A DNA stretch of 48,770 bases, counting the filler, from Dirinaria sp. TL-2023a (taxonomy: Eukaryota): the NCBI GenBank assembly GCA_051941275.1. It is 2 parts of 2 records of this genome, joined end to end, with 100 filler letters (N's around TTAATTAATTAA, not from the genome) between each part and the next. Parts side by side here need not be neighbours in the genome. Positions count along the whole stretch, not along the records: positions 1 to 24,346 come from JAVEBF010000191.1; 1 more part is not named here. The stretch is one strand, 5' to 3'. Of this stretch, positions 1-14,217 are shown piece by piece. The stretch's first letter is position 1. Each line of letters starts with the position of its first letter. Below the pieces are notes generated by a model. That model was not told where the DNA came from. It did no database searches and saw nothing but the letters and a program-made list of their open reading frames with translations. A program made the position numbers and the translations under genes.

Positions 1-457
1 GTCGATGTCAGGAGACAAATTTGCACTTTCCTTTTTCGGCGAAGCAAAGGTTGTCAGCAGCGGAGGGTAATTTCTACGCCAGGAAAATCGCTTTTAGCTT
101 TCCTTCCATATCATAAAGGGACACCCAGATAGCAACAACGACATCATCAAATTGTTTGCTTCAAATACTGCCTCAATTAAGATGGGTGGGAGTTCAAAGT
201 ATCAGCGATGGGTATCGGAAAGCAAACAACCGTCTTCTGCTCCTTCTCTGAGAAAAATGGGATCGTGTCAGGTCTACGTTTGGAGGGTACAGGCGCGCGT
301 GGAGAAGCTTTTGGGTTTGTGGATCGTTAAGACTTCCTTACGTCCTTACTACGGAAAGACGACATTTGAACCGGGCGTAATGGCTGGCAGTCCCGTTCTG
401 AAGACAAAAGTGGTGGAGTTTGGGTATGCAAGCTACATTGACGTCACTCAAAGTCCT

Positions 458-1987
458 TTAATGAGACCCATTCACCTCCTCGACACCGATCCACTCAGCT
501 TCGATGATCCCCAACTTTGCCGCGGGGGGCTGCTTGATACCCAGGAGTCGGAATCCCGGGTCGGCCTCGTGAAAAAGGCGGTCCCAGTCCGCGGCTTCCC
601 GCTCCTTTGCATTCAGCATCTCGAGCATCGTCAAATCGTACGCGCTGGTGGATGTATACTTAGCTGAGGCTCTCGAGCACAGGCATGACATTTTTCTATT
701 CACGATGTTGGGGAAGAGGCAACTCACCGGATTTCTCTCTCCTTCAACAACGAGACTTCGCCGGGCTGCGGCACGACATACTCATGGAGGACGACCTTAG
801 CGCCTTTCTTCAATGCAGGTATCAGGCTTCGCAAGATTCGGATGGCGTATTGATCTGACCAATCGTGCAGGATCCATTTGAAGAAATACACGTCCGCGTC
901 CTTGACGGGCTGCTCCGTGAAAAAATCGTGCGCCATGAAGCTGACCCTCTGTTTCAGAGGCTCGGGCAGCTTCTTCGATTCGGCCTGCACAACATCCGGA
1001 CGATCCTGAACGATGATTTTAAGCTTCGGGAAATGATCCGCGAGTGCGATACCGAATGTACCGCTAGAACCTCCTATGTCGACGACGGTCGCCGCTCCTA
1101 AGTCGGCCCATGGATAGTTTTGGCAGATGTGGTGCGGTGAAAAACCAGGGTCTTGGGCCAAATTCGCCATGGCTTTGGCAAACCGTTGGCCGCGGGCGGG
1201 ATCCTTAGCGAGACAAGCGAAAAGAGAATCCGAGGTATTGTTTGCCAGCTGGAAGCCGGCCTGATTCGGTTCCTGCGAACCAGGCCACTTCACCATGGCG
1301 TCCACAACCTAGATCACCATATTAGACAAGCCAGCATAGACGCGGCTACAGCCTATTGTGCTTGAGTTCTGGTTGGCTTACGAACCTTCGTAGCGCTGGT
1401 CCAATTTTCCTCCGTAATTAATGCTATTGAATCCTCCATCCCCGGCTGAACGGCCAAGAACTTTGACGCTGCAGTATGCGCGACGACGCCGGGCCGTGGC
1501 TCGGCAAAGATATGGTAGGTCATTGCTGTTCTTATCAACCGGCGCGTGTCAGACTCGACAAGGCCGCAAGAACGAGCGATCTCGTCGTAGGTAGCTTCAA
1601 ATTCGAAGCTTTTGGCGATCTCAAATCGATTGACGGCATGAAGACTAACAAGAAAGTTGTGCTGGAAAATGTGACGTTGTTATCAGCGTCATAGTACAGC
1701 ACCAATCAATCGAGGGCAAGGACGTCGGTTTCGGGCGCCAAGCTTACGTATGGGGTAAATAAAGTACCCAATGGGCCTGCGATCAGTGCGTGAAGCTCCT
1801 CGGTCGCTTCCAAAATCCGTTGTCGAGATTCGGCTACGTCAAGAGGCAAAGGAATGAAGGGCGGTGTACCTGGGTCGAAGGACGGTGTCGGAAGAGCTTG
1901 AGCAGACAGATAACTATCGAAAGTAGTAGTATCGCTTGCTATCATGGAGGATAGCTCCTTGATGCGAGTCATGGTGCTACTACCCAT
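458..1987 (-). CDS. SAM-dependent O-methyltransferase (fungal OmtA/Methyltransf_2 type), 4 exons, ~427 aa
   Basis: Exons 1987-1748, 1661-1386, 1308-728 and 644-458 join in frame with GT-AG introns. Motifs VVDIGGSSG, IVQDRP, FMAHDFF, ILHDWSD, NAKERE. Confidence 0.93.
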
Positions 1988-2674
1988 GGTGAAAGATACT
2001 GTGTAATAATATCTGACGGGATCTAGTGATGTTGTTGGCTAGAAGACACGTCCAATAAATAAAGGATGGCGTGCACTACTGGATCAGCAATGTGAATTAA
2101 TCCTAAAGTTGCACCTGTCAACCGACTGCCTTTAGGCTCACGCGGGTCCGCTCAGGTCTTTCGCGCTCTTCGGCGCTCTTCGTTACAGTTATGCTATTCG
2201 ATTGGGTCCCGTTTGGATTGGCAAGTGCTTTTTGTACCAATTCGTACCTTATTGACCCCTCGGATAAACAATTCTCGATATCGTTTGACTTTAAAAGCAC
2301 TAATGTACCTGATATAATAATAAGTATAATAACGGCGTCTGTCGCGTATGTGATGTTTATGATAGTATGCTTTCCTGTTAGTACTCTCGAGATACAACTA
2401 TACGTTTGGTACCTATCCTACTAGTGGGGAATTTGTATTTTGTAGGGTTGTTTGCATGCGAATCAATCTAAACAATGAAGTGGTGATATTTGTTATATTC
2501 GGAGGTACAGTAGTATAACATATTACCCTTCGAAACAATCAGACGATAAGGTATCGTGTCCAAGTCCAAACAGGCCCTTATTGGGGGCTACCTTGTAGTA
2601 TGGATTTATCTTTAAAAATGATTCACAAGACCCGATTCTGAAGGGATTGAAGCCTAGTCGAAGTTATTGAAAAC

Positions 2675-5092
2675 CTATCCATTGAGGTAAAACGGATATC
2701 GGTCAAAAAGATTCTATTGATCATTAGACTATGAGCTTGACGTTCGTATACCTATTGAGAAAGGTCGACGATTAGCAGGTGCTTACCCAGTCAAAATAGT
2801 CTTGCAGATTCAAAGCATCATCGAAGGTATCCATCGCTTGCATGCCGTGGGTAGAAGCGCCTTGCTGGGGCGACTGAGGGACTACCATAAAGGATGGAAC
2901 TTCTAACGAGTTGCTCTCGTTGCTTGGAGTAGTAGCGGGGGTCGTGTATCCATAGACTGCCTTTATTTTGCTCTCCATGGATCTTAGCCCCAAACTAATC
3001 TTGCAAGCTTGATTGGAGCCGGCTTTCTGGGCGTCAAAAATCATGACGGATTTATTCAGTAGCTCTAGCTTTCGTTGAATGTTGCGTTCTGAGGATTGAT
3101 GAAGCCCTTGTGCCCGCTCTTGAAGAAGCACTAATGATAGGATCATTGCAGCAAGGAAGAAGTCAGTCGTGTTGAGCGAAGAGAGCATCCAACGTTCTTC
3201 ATGGAGCTGACCACCTGGTTTCGCTTCCTGATGCAGATCAGCTTGCACCTCCAACATAATCATGGAAGCATCCGCGCATTTATCGATAGTTTGTAGAGAC
3301 GGTAACCGTAGTGTGAGATTTCGTCGATGAAGTATGCAAATGCTCTTTTGGAACAGTATCTCGAGATTGGCCCGCATCATGATGACATAGGGCGTGTCGG
3401 CAAAAGATTGTGCCATGCTCCTTACTTTGAAGGGCGAAGGCACGGCCTCGTGGGTTTGTCGAACCTCTGCATCAAGCGCAGCGATCTTTTGGTCAGAGGG
3501 AGCCTTAAAGGATGACTCGTACTTGAGCAATTTTTCGAATGCGCCCATGAGCCTGGCTTTGATTAGAAAATACAACATCGGAGTTGCCTCCGTCTCCGGC
3601 CGTGCAACCGGTAGCGCAGTACTGGTTTCATCAAAATCCGAATCTTGAAGATTACGAGGTAGTGCTGTATCAGAATTGAGCGACTGCGTTGAGCTTGGAA
3701 GACCCATTTGATAGCTATTGAGAAGATCGAGCTGGCGTAGAACAGCCCAGCAACGCCGCCTCATTTCCGCTTCGAAGACTGCAATATTGGGAAGGTGGTC
3801 GGGGTCACGGTGATAGCCCATGCGAAGTGCTTGACGCACAATCAAACCGAACAGCATCCACAGCTCACCCCCCGGCTCTGGACTGCACATGTACTTGCAT
3901 TGAGTGTATAAGAGTAATGACTCAACAACATACTTCTGAGGCTGTGTGAAGTCGCCAAAAATCATACATTGAACGGTGGCCTTGAGAAATTGGTTCTTGG
4001 CAAAGCCACCATCGAATTTTGGCTCAGGACTCCTCATTTCACTGAGAAGAGCCGATACAGATAGAATTGCATAGAGCTGGGCGATCCAAAAGACCGGAAC
4101 CTGATGGGGGTTCTTCCAGAATGCTTCGTACTTCTCCATTCAGTGATTATCTTGTAAGGGGAGTTTATGGGCTCACCGTTCTTTGAAAACTGTAGATGTG
4201 TATAATAGCTTTGGCACTTTAGCTCTCTGGGTAGGTTTGAGGAGATGGGATACGCACGGAAAACGGCGTATTTCAGGTTAAAATATTTGGAAAGGTATCT
4301 GTCTACCTCCTCCCTTGGTGGTAAGCTTGAAAGCACGGTTTCCAGACTAGGTGGCCGTCCCATAGTGAAAAGACTTATTTGTTCTGTCTCGGTCATCATT
4401 CGTGGATGGTTGTCGTCGGCACCAATCGACAGCTCGTCAGCGCTGGCATCCAACTCGGCTATGACGCGTTGTATCTTTGCGGGTCAGTGCTATATTCCAG
4501 TCACAGAGTACGTGGTACACATACATTGCTCAAAATCACCGTCCAGGTGGTCGGCCCCACAGTTGCAGGAACGTCTTCTTCCGGAGTCGATATACTTGTC
4601 GAGACATCTTCTGAAGAGGTACCGGACGCTGGGTTCGTGGTGGAATCGGTGCTATCCTGGATTGTATAGACCGTTACTGAAGTCTCGTATCGAACGGGAC
4701 ACTATTGCGCACAGGACTCTGCGTTTTCCCTTGGTGGATCTTTATCGCCTCCGCCACCAGATTTTCTAGACAATGTAATTGATTCCGAGTGTGCTCGTTC
4801 TTGTTGGTGCTATCGACAGCGATAGGAGTTTGCAGGTCCGCAGTGGTAGCATACGTACATGACGCGGCATCGCTACGGTTGGTACAGTGCTCACAGGGTT
4901 GAGCACGATTGCATTTTAGCCTATCGTGGTCAGTAAGTAATTTGACAGGTAAATATCGCCTCACTTTCTAACTCTGCACGGAGCACAAGAGAGAGGAGTA
5001 CGATGTCTCTTGGTGACCTTGGTAGATGGCGAGGGTCGTGGAGTGTAGCCGTCGAGGCGGAATCTGTGTTGGAAGGGAGGTTTCTCAGCCAT
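2675..5092 (-). CDS. Zn(II)2Cys6 transcription factor with fungal-specific TF middle domain (probable cluster regulator)
   Basis: Splicing out intron 4964-4921 gives CAPCRVRKLKCNRAQPCEHCTNRSDAASC. The large exon has ALRMGYHRDP / EAEMRRRCW / LPRNLQDSDF. A short last exon NLFDRYPFYLNG* ends at 2675 and is less certain. Confidence 0.9.
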
Positions 5093-6216
5093 GGCCTTCT
5101 GATGGCGCACCTTGACACGGGACAGTCTTCATGCGCAGTGCCAATGATTTACTTCTTCGAGCAAGACTCAGACAGCCTATTGGCAGTACGCAGCTAGGCG
5201 ACGTTGGTCATCATGTTTGGCGAGATGAACATCCATGGAGGTGAGATTTTGTTCCACATGCTGGAATGACTCGAATGGGTCCAACGAGGTCGGAATAATA
5301 CACGGACCGAACCCTACCAAACGTAACCCTGAATTGGTCTCCAACACAATCGTATCTAAAGGTACAGTACTCATACCTTCCCATGGCTCAGACCCAGTAT
5401 CTTCAGGGGAAAGCACACTTTCTACCAGCTCCAGGAAATTCCACTATTCTGGATAGATTCTAGATGCTCTTATCGGCCACCACAACATGTGCCACTCTGT
5501 GTGGTGCACTTGCCTGGGGCCACGACAATCACAAAGGATGAATACCTCGAGCATGCGCTTTCTTGTCAAACTTCTTGCTTTTAATTTCATTCGTCTGACA
5601 ATAGTTGTTCTGGGCTAGACCTGCGAATGATATATCGAAGGTGTGACTCCATGTTTAGCGCAGTGCGATTGGTAGTTTGGACACCGATGATGCGTCGTCA
5701 CACTTTGTCCAGCCTCTTTGAAGATTGAAAGGTGAAGTAAGCAACTGATCCTCGTACCCTTTGAAGCCCTTCTAGACTGTCGCGTCAGACTGAAAAGCGG
5801 AGATCTTAGCTCGGCATCCTTTCAAGGTCGAAGTAACGTCCTGCAGCCTGATATTTCCACCCTTGACACGCTCAGCTACGAATCGGACTCTCGCATAACG
5901 CACTGCTCCGAGATAGTTTCACAATGGAACGATCGGCTAGTGCGCTGCTAATTGGGGCAATATTTGAAAATCCGGAATTCGGTGTTTCCCCATGGAGTAA
6001 TTCTCTTAAGTCCGCAACAACCCCCAGGCTTTCAACATAAGGATAAACATCCAGCTTCGACTAGCCCGAATCCATATTAGTCTAACGATAGGCATCTGGT
6101 ACCGACGAGGCTGCTGACACGATTTGGTGATGCTCTAGAAAATCTACAACTTTTACCTACTATCAATTTCTCGTCTCTCCCCACTTACCGAGCAATTAGG
6201 AATCAAGACATCTACA

Positions 6217-8158
6217 ATGACAGACCTAAAACCTCTAAGTGAAATGGCCATGGGTCAGCCAGGCGAACACTCCTTCGAGGATAGAGATGAAGAGATGGAG
6301 CATGAGAATCGATCCAGACCAAACACCTCTCGACTTAAAGGCTTGAGGCTGGTAATCACGCTTGTGGGGCTCTGCTTTGCGGTATTCTGTGTCGCTTTGG
6401 ACAATACAATCATCGCAACTGCAATTCCGTACATTACAGATCAGTTCAAAAACTTGAACGATGTTGGATGGTATGGGTCGGTCTACCTTCTGACGACTTG
6501 CGCATTTCAACTTCTGTATGGAAAGCTCTATAAATTCTTTAGCATCAAAGCGGTCTTCTTGACCGGCCTTTTCATCTTTGAAGTGGGCTCTTTGATCTGC
6601 GGTGTCGCCCCTAGCTCTATATCCCTGATCATCGGCAGTAGGTGAAACCCGCGTTATTTTTGATCACCATCACTAATCTTTAGCAGGAGCTATCGCTGGC
6701 CTGGGCTCCGCCGCTGTACGTTTTATCAGTCTGACCTACCATACTAAATACTAAAAATACCAATTGTCAGATATTATCCGGAGCTATGATTATCATTGCG
6801 CATGTGGTAGCCATGGAACGAGTCCCTGTATTCATAAGCATGATTGGAGGCATGTACGGAATCGCTAGCGTCGTAGGGCCTCTGGTAGATGCTCATTCTC
6901 TATCGGCTTCCCCATCAAGCTGATTGTGGCTAGCTCGGTGGAGTTTTCACCGAAAAGGTGACGTGGCGGTGGTGTTTTTACATAAATCTACCCCTTGGGT
7001 GCGGGCTATAATCTTACAGAAAGACATGCCACTGATCATCGAGTAGGGGCTTCACGGCTGCTGGCCTTGTTTTCTTCCTGCGACTCCCCCCCAGAGATGC
7101 CCGGCGGGGATATCGTCCAGAAGAGGTCTTTAAACAACTTGATCCTATTGGCACTGTTCTCTTCGTTCCCGCGATAATATGCCTTCTTATCGCTTTGGTG
7201 AGTCCTACCGACACAGGCTGGTAAAATGAGGGCTCACTTTGATAGCAATGGGCCGGAACAACCTATGCCTGGGGCAATTGGCGCATCATTTTCCTCTTCA
7301 TTATGTTTGGCGTGCTTTTAGCTACATTCGTAGCAGTGCAAGTATGGCAAGGCGAAGCAGCAACCGGTATGAGTCCAGTCATACCAATAATATAGCTCAG
7401 CTGATCTCTAAACAGTCCCTCCACGCATCGCCCGCGAACGCAGTGTCGCCTTTGGAACGTGGTTTGCAATATGCATGGGGGGCACTTATTACGTCTTCAT
7501 ATATTATCTTCCCATATGGTTCCAGGCGATTAAGGGCGTCAGTCCTCTGCGATCCGGGATTGACACGCTGCCAATGATCTTGGGAAATGTCTTCGGAGTC
7601 ATCTCAGCCGGAGCTCTTACGACGCGGTTTGGCTACTATATGCCATGGATCTTTCTAAGTCTCATCTTTATGAGCATCGGCGCTGGACTTCTGACGACAC
7701 TGAAGGTCGACTCGAGCACAGCACAGTGGATAGGCTACCAAGTTCTCTTTGGTCTTGGCACTGGTTGGGGCTTTCAACAGACTGCCGTAGCCGCACAGAC
7801 TGTACTAGCTCTTGTCGATATACCCATCGGCACGGCTCTCATGGTATTCATTCAACTGCTCGGAGGTGCCATGTTCGTGACGATTGCTCAGAATATCTTC
7901 ACCAATCATCTGGTGAGCGGAATACTCGCCATACAGATTCCTGACTTAGATCCAAAGCAAATCGTTCAAAGTGGTGCCACACATCTCCGTAGACAGATTC
8001 CAGATGTCTACCTTCCACAAGTCTTGATTGCTTATGACGAGGCTCTCGTTAAAACCTTTCAAGTGGCTTTATGCCTGGCATGTCTATCGCTGTTGGGGGC
8101 TGTAGGAATGGAATGGAGGTCGGTGAAGAACAAACAGATCGTAGCTGCCGTTGCATAG
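6217..8158 (+). CDS. MFS drug/toxin efflux transporter (14-TM DHA2, AflT/GliA-like), multi-exon
   Basis: Motifs [27 protein letters not shown], spliced [35 protein letters not shown] and the C-terminal MEWRSVK. Confidence 0.93.
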
Positions 8159-9825
8159 CTATGGACCAGAGAACGCTACCGGTGCACCAAACAGGCATTT
8201 ATAGAAAGCATAAACTTATGTCCTATTAGCATTGACAGGCCCTGCATAAAGAACAGCTTCCTCTAGTTTCTCCCTCAGCTGTAAATGGTGACATAAGTGG
8301 AAAGGTCAAATCACGCCAATGAACGTTTGATGAAACTTCATAGCATATTTACGTCCATTCTACCAGGCAGAAATTTCGAGCCCGCGATTAGAGGCTAGAA
8401 TAGAGCCAAACGTCATTGCAACAGAGTTGAAAACTTTGACTGAGATATACAACACGATCGAGAGGATACTCGAACTATCATTGGGATAATTGATGGCGCG
8501 AAATCAAAACAGCCTCCAGTCGAGCTTTACTGATCTTCATCTACTTTCTTCATTCATTTACTTTCTTGTCAGAGTCAGGTTTACAGTGATTATGTTCACT
8601 TCGTCAACAGTATTTAAACTGTCCGCTGCTTTTGACATTCCAGGATACATCAATTGGAAAGATCATTTCTGAAATACTTTTTCAATGAGCTTTCAACTCA
8701 CAAGTGTATTGTATATGTAGATGCACGTACTCTCAGGAGCAGTAGTATGGTTATGAATTTTCCATGCCTTAACACGGTGTGCCAAGGAAGGCACGCTCGA
8801 TCGGGTTTAGCGCTGGCCATAGGGATTATTCCCGGCCCACACTGGGTATTTCTCTTGCACCCAGACCACCATGTAGTTGGCATCCTCATTATTATCCATA
8901 CACTTCACCCACATTATCAGACATTATTGGACCGGTCATTGTTAGTTCCTAACAATTATACTAACCAATGCATACAAATTTATCCAACGCCGCAATTAAA
9001 AGATCTATATGTTGTATCTTAATATGCAGACTATTTATGACCTCAGAAACAATTCTACGAAGCAAACCTGTGTTCACTTGGTAGCTTAGGGGAATGCGAC
9101 GATACTACTGCAAACGCTAAATTAAGTCAATACAGAGGTTGCCGACATAAGTCCTGGCAAGCGCCGAAAATTTCACTAGTGCAATCAGTCGATTATCGCG
9201 CGGGAGATGAGCCGGCAATACTGCTCAGACACAGCCCTTTGCTGGCTATGATGCGCCTGAGCTTCCCCAGGCTCAAGTCTGAGCTTCCACGAGCTCAGTC
9301 GCAGTCGCCTGAACGAAGCATTCTTGGCGTGCGCTTTCTTCGCTGGGACTCACGATGTCAGCCTCCGTAGGGACATGGCAACGCCGGACGCTTCCTGCAA
9401 AGATTACTTATCTTATTGAATCATATAATCTTTATCTGGGATAATTATTCATATAGTCTCTATCATGGACTACGGGGTAGCAATATAATGAATATGGTTC
9501 TGAGAACGGAAACATGCCGAATACAAAAGTTCTTGCCGGCCTTTCGTCAGTCGAGTCAACGTTGTGTCTCACACGATCAATTGTGCATTCGGTTATTTAT
9601 CCAGACATGGGGACTAATCTGAGACTTCCTACGATTTAAAAGGAGGTCCATGTAGCATGATGAGAATAGCACTTCGCTTACCTGCCACGCAGTATACTCA
9701 GTTCCGGGGCTGCTCGGGTCCTCAAACCTTGATGACGAGGATAGTTCCGAGTGTAAGTCAGCGATTGGGATTGAAGACTGCTTTTTCGTGACTGCCTACT
9801 TTGCATACCTTACACAGCCTTGAAG

Positions 9826-12800
9826 ATGGGAGAATACTCTGTTGGATTTCAGCGCGCTAGCATTGGCTTTACAGATGAGGGCAAGCAGAACATACGCAAC
9901 ATACCAGAATTAATTGATTATAACGCTAAGTTCAATCCCGACCACCTCTTTTGCGTCCAGGCCCAGAAGGCGTTGAACGATGGTTCCGCAGGCTTGCTCT
10001 ATGTTACTCACGGTCAGCTCAAACAAGCCATTCTCTGTTGTTCACGATGGCTTAAATCATTTTTGGATGAGCTGGCCCTTCCTAAAGCAACAAAAGAAGG
10101 CGTTGATAACCGCAAAGGTCCCCCAATCGCTCTACTGCTCGACAGTGACATCAATCTGCTTGTTCATGTATATGCTTTGATCAGCCTGAGTGTGCCTGTA
10201 AGTAAGGTCAGGGCGGTAAATCTAATGTAATATTAAGCTTAGAGTAAGACAATAGGCGCTTCTGCTCTCCGCACGCCTTAGTCCTGCCGCGGCAAGACAC
10301 TTGCTGGACAAAACGTCAGCTCGAGCGTTAATCCATTCGGCTCGTCTGGCATATACAGCAAAAGAAATCCGTGAAGAGTCTCCCAAGCAAGATGACAGCC
10401 AGATCAAGTTTCACACGGCATATGACTATCATGTCTGGTCCAACTCAATGAACGATGGCATTGATGAGAACCAAAGCATTTGCGTCTCGAATTTTGACGG
10501 AGGGGATAGCGATAGAAACGTTCTGATACTCCATTCTTCGGGAACGACAGGGCTACCAAAACCAATTTATACATCGCACAAGTATCTGCTTTCTTTCCTG
10601 ACATGTCACGCTTTCGACTCTGAGGAGTCGGCTAGCCATTTAAATTTATCTACACTTCCACTCTATCATGTGAGATCAATTGGATACACCAACTCGTCGA
10701 AAACGAAGCTGACAATAGGTTGGCAGGGATATGGTCTTCTCGCGCCAGCCTTGTCTTTAGGGATAGGCAAGACCTTCTGTATACCCATATCCTCCGTCAG
10801 TCCAACAGCCGCCTCTATACTCCGCTTGCTTGACTCAGTGAGTGCTCGATGCATGATGAGTGTCCCATCTATCCTGGAAGAGATCGCTAGTCTTCCAGAC
10901 TCAACGGGAGTGCAGAAGTTGGGTAAGCTTGATTTCGTCGCTTTTGGAGGCGGCAATATGAAGCCTGCGGTTGGGCATGCTCTGAAATTGGCTGGGGTCA
11001 AATTGCTCAATCACTTTGGCACTACGGAGAGCGGACCTCTGGCTCCGATCTTTATCCCGGGTTCCGATTATGACTGGCAATACTTTCGGCTTAGACGGGA
11101 TATTGAGATACGGGTCGAGCCCGCTTCGACATCGATTAGCAAGTTCAAATTCATCACATATCCGCCTGGATGGAACGGACCTTTCGAAATTCAAGACGAG
11201 TTCGTGACTAGTCCACAGAACCCCATGCTCGATTACCAACCCGTTGGCCGAACAGACAGCGTGATCGTCCTCGCCACAGGAGAGAAGATACAGCCTAACA
11301 TTCTTGAAACAGCGCTGAGTGAGCATCCACTGGTTATGGCAGCAGTGGCATTCGGCGATGGTCACTTTCAAATGGGTGTCATCGTACAACCTTCACAGTC
11401 GACGCCATCTGAGTGCTTCGAGGATTTTAAAGGGAGAATCTGGCCCACGGTGCACGAAGCGAACGAGCGTATGGATTCACATGCTCGAATTGCTTCCAAA
11501 GATGCTATCATTATTGTGCCTCACACCACGCCACTTCCTAGATCTGATAAAGGCTCTCTGCTGCGCAGAGAATTATATGCCATGTTAAGGTCTGAGATTG
11601 AACAGATGTATCAGCAGCTTGAATCTGCAAACTCCGTGGCCATGCTTGACCGCAATCGCGGCATAAAAAATCAACTGAAGGATCTCATACAAGACAAATT
11701 ACCCAAATGGAATGTCCCGGCACAGGACTGGACATTTTCGAGCGACCTTTTCGAGTTGGGAATGGACTCTCTACAAGCAATTGAGCTTCGACGTCTGCTG
11801 CTGCCAAACATTGAATCTGCAAGGCAAGTTCCTAGAGACTTCATTTACCGCCACCCGTCGGTCATGGAGCTTGCAGAAGCTATTGAAGCTACGTATCGCG
11901 AACAGAAATTCGATATATTAGTAGAGTCTCGGCAAGAGCTGGTTGACGGTTTTGTTGAGCGATTTAGCCTCCAGACACCGAAAAGGGATTTTGTAATCCT
12001 GTTGACAGGTAGCACAGGTAGTCTTGGAAGCCATGTCCTTGTCCATTTGGCAAGCCTTCCGATGGTCAAGGAGGTCATCTGCCTTATTCGTCCTACTACT
12101 AACCGGGATGGAAATACTCATGATAGACAGGACGAAGCTCTTCGAGACAAGCTCCTGCCGTCGTGCTCACCAGAGTTGCGCCTCAAAATCACCACAATAC
12201 AAGCAGTACTCAGTCATACACAGCTAGGTTTGACATCAGAAGAATACGACTCAATAGTCCGGCGGGTCACACATATTTTGCACACTGCGTGGCCAATGAG
12301 CTTCAAGTGGCGACTCTCGTCCTTCCAGTCACAGTTTCAAACGGTGCAAAATTTGCTCAGGATGGCCTTGGATGCTCGCGACGGTAGAGGAGACACGCGT
12401 ACTCGCAATCGAGTGAGATTCGTCTTCGTCTCCTCAATTGCCGTGGTAGGCGAATATCCAAGTTCTCGCAAGACTTATTCCGCTGTGCCAGAGACGCACG
12501 TAAGTGATATCACCTGTACAAACCAAATTGGATACGCCGAAGCAAAGCTAGTATGCGAGAAAATAATTGAGCGCGCGCGAGATAGCTTTGCTCCGGATCT
12601 TGAGGCATGCTGCGTACGCATTGGGCAGATGTCTGGTTCCCAACAGAGTGGGTTCTGGAACACAGACGAGCACATCGCCGCACTACTCAAATCTTCCATA
12701 GATATCGATGCCTTACCAGAGCTTGAAGGAGTGAGTAATTGTTCCACAACCCTGGATCTCCATAGCCATGTATGATTCTAATATCTGCCCAGACCCTCTC

Positions 12801-13392
12801 CTGGCTCCCAGTCGATGTTGCAGCCGCGGCTCTCTCCGATATATTGCTCTCACGAACAACGGAAGCGTTTACCGAAAATGAAAGCAGACACCAACCGCTT
12901 TCTCCAGTTTACCACCTCGAGAATCCTATCCGCTGGCCATGGAAGGATGTCTTCCATGTACTAGCTTCGAAAATCGTGCAAAAAAGTGTGAACCACGGTT
13001 CCCAATTGCCCTTCGTACCGTATCCGACTTGGCTAGATCGTATAGTACAGCTAGGGGAATCAATCGCCAATGGTGATGAAGGAGCTGCTGATGGCGCTGT
13101 GACGAGGAAGAATGCAGATGCCATACGACTTCCAGGCCTAGAAACGGCAACGACGCATGTGAGTACGAATGTGCGAAAGAAGACCCGCCCAGCATACGAA
13201 CTCGTCGACTTCTTCGCTGCAGACTTTCGACGGATGGCCTGCGGCTCGGTCGTTCTTGACACGCGCCTGGCTTTGGAAGCTTCAGCTTCCCTCCGAGCAT
13301 TTGCGACGACGGCCGACGATGCTGCCGTCAGGGACAGGATGCTGGAGGGCTATGTGGATTATTGGTATCGCTGTGGTTTTCTCGCGCCATGA
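9826..13392 (+). CDS. NRPS-like A-T-R enzyme (aryl-carboxylic acid reductase type), 4 coding exons
   Basis: A domain: LHSSGTTGLPKPI, FGTTESG, GRTDSVIVLATGEKIQP, LPRSDKG. T domain: DLFELGMDSLQA. R domain: LLTGSTGSLG, GYAEAKLVCE, RIGQMSGS. Introns at ~10198-10255, 10670-10726 and 12731-12792. Confidence 0.95.
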
Positions 13393-14217
13393 TTACCGCA
13401 GGGGGGACTCACCATCTTAGGCACTGTCGAAGAACCATCAATCCTTCGCTGACGCTCTGCTGACTTCAAACTTGCTATGCTTGTTGTACTTATCAGAGTT
13501 TTACTATGAGTTACCCCATTCTTTACCATTTTGTAGAGGTTAGAGAAAAAGGGCATTTTGTTCTCATTCGCGTTTGACCAGCAGGTCATTTTGATAGACA
13601 TCAGTCCACGCTGAATAAAGTACATACACTCTGAAATGAGAATGCTATAGAAACCAGTCTCATTGCTCTAGATACTTCTGTAAATTTTTCACTATTTCTT
13701 GTATCGAACGTGTTGAAAACGGCCTTAGCATAGGGCTGAGCCGAAGATTATCCAACCGGCCCGAAGTCAGACCGATGCATAATATCGACCATGTTGTTTA
13801 CCTCTATGCAGGCTAGCATAGATTTCTGTGATTTCTTTCATTATCCTTGCCTTTATGGCAACCTAGGTAGACGAGCATCTAATGCCTATACGGGAGCCTC
13901 GTTATGCCTTTAGGCAGATTACCAATAGTCAGCGTTGTTGAATGCTGTGTCTAATAGAACGCCACGATAAGTGACATGTTCTCTTTACATACGAACGGTT
14001 TGTCTTCAATTTTGTTGATCGCGCTAGCTCTACGACTGTCCAACACTCAAGCATTTTGGGCATTCTTGTGCCAGCTTTATACCCCCAAAATGAGCTCTTT
14101 TTCCAGAAAGACCCATGATTCTCCCATCGCCGCAATGCAACTGATCCCGCACGAATCTTAAAAATCAAGAGTCATGCGTTGTGTCATCTTACCGCTGCAG
14201 TAGAATCATTTGGAAGC

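Noticed and set aside
152..667. 171-aa plus-strand ORF
   Set aside because: Non-ATG start, antisense overlap with the OMT1 last exon, no recognisable motif.
8300..9100. AT-rich interval between the MFS and A-T-R genes as a possible pseudogene or transposon relic
   Set aside because: Short translations gave no recognisable protein motif, and I saw no terminal repeats.
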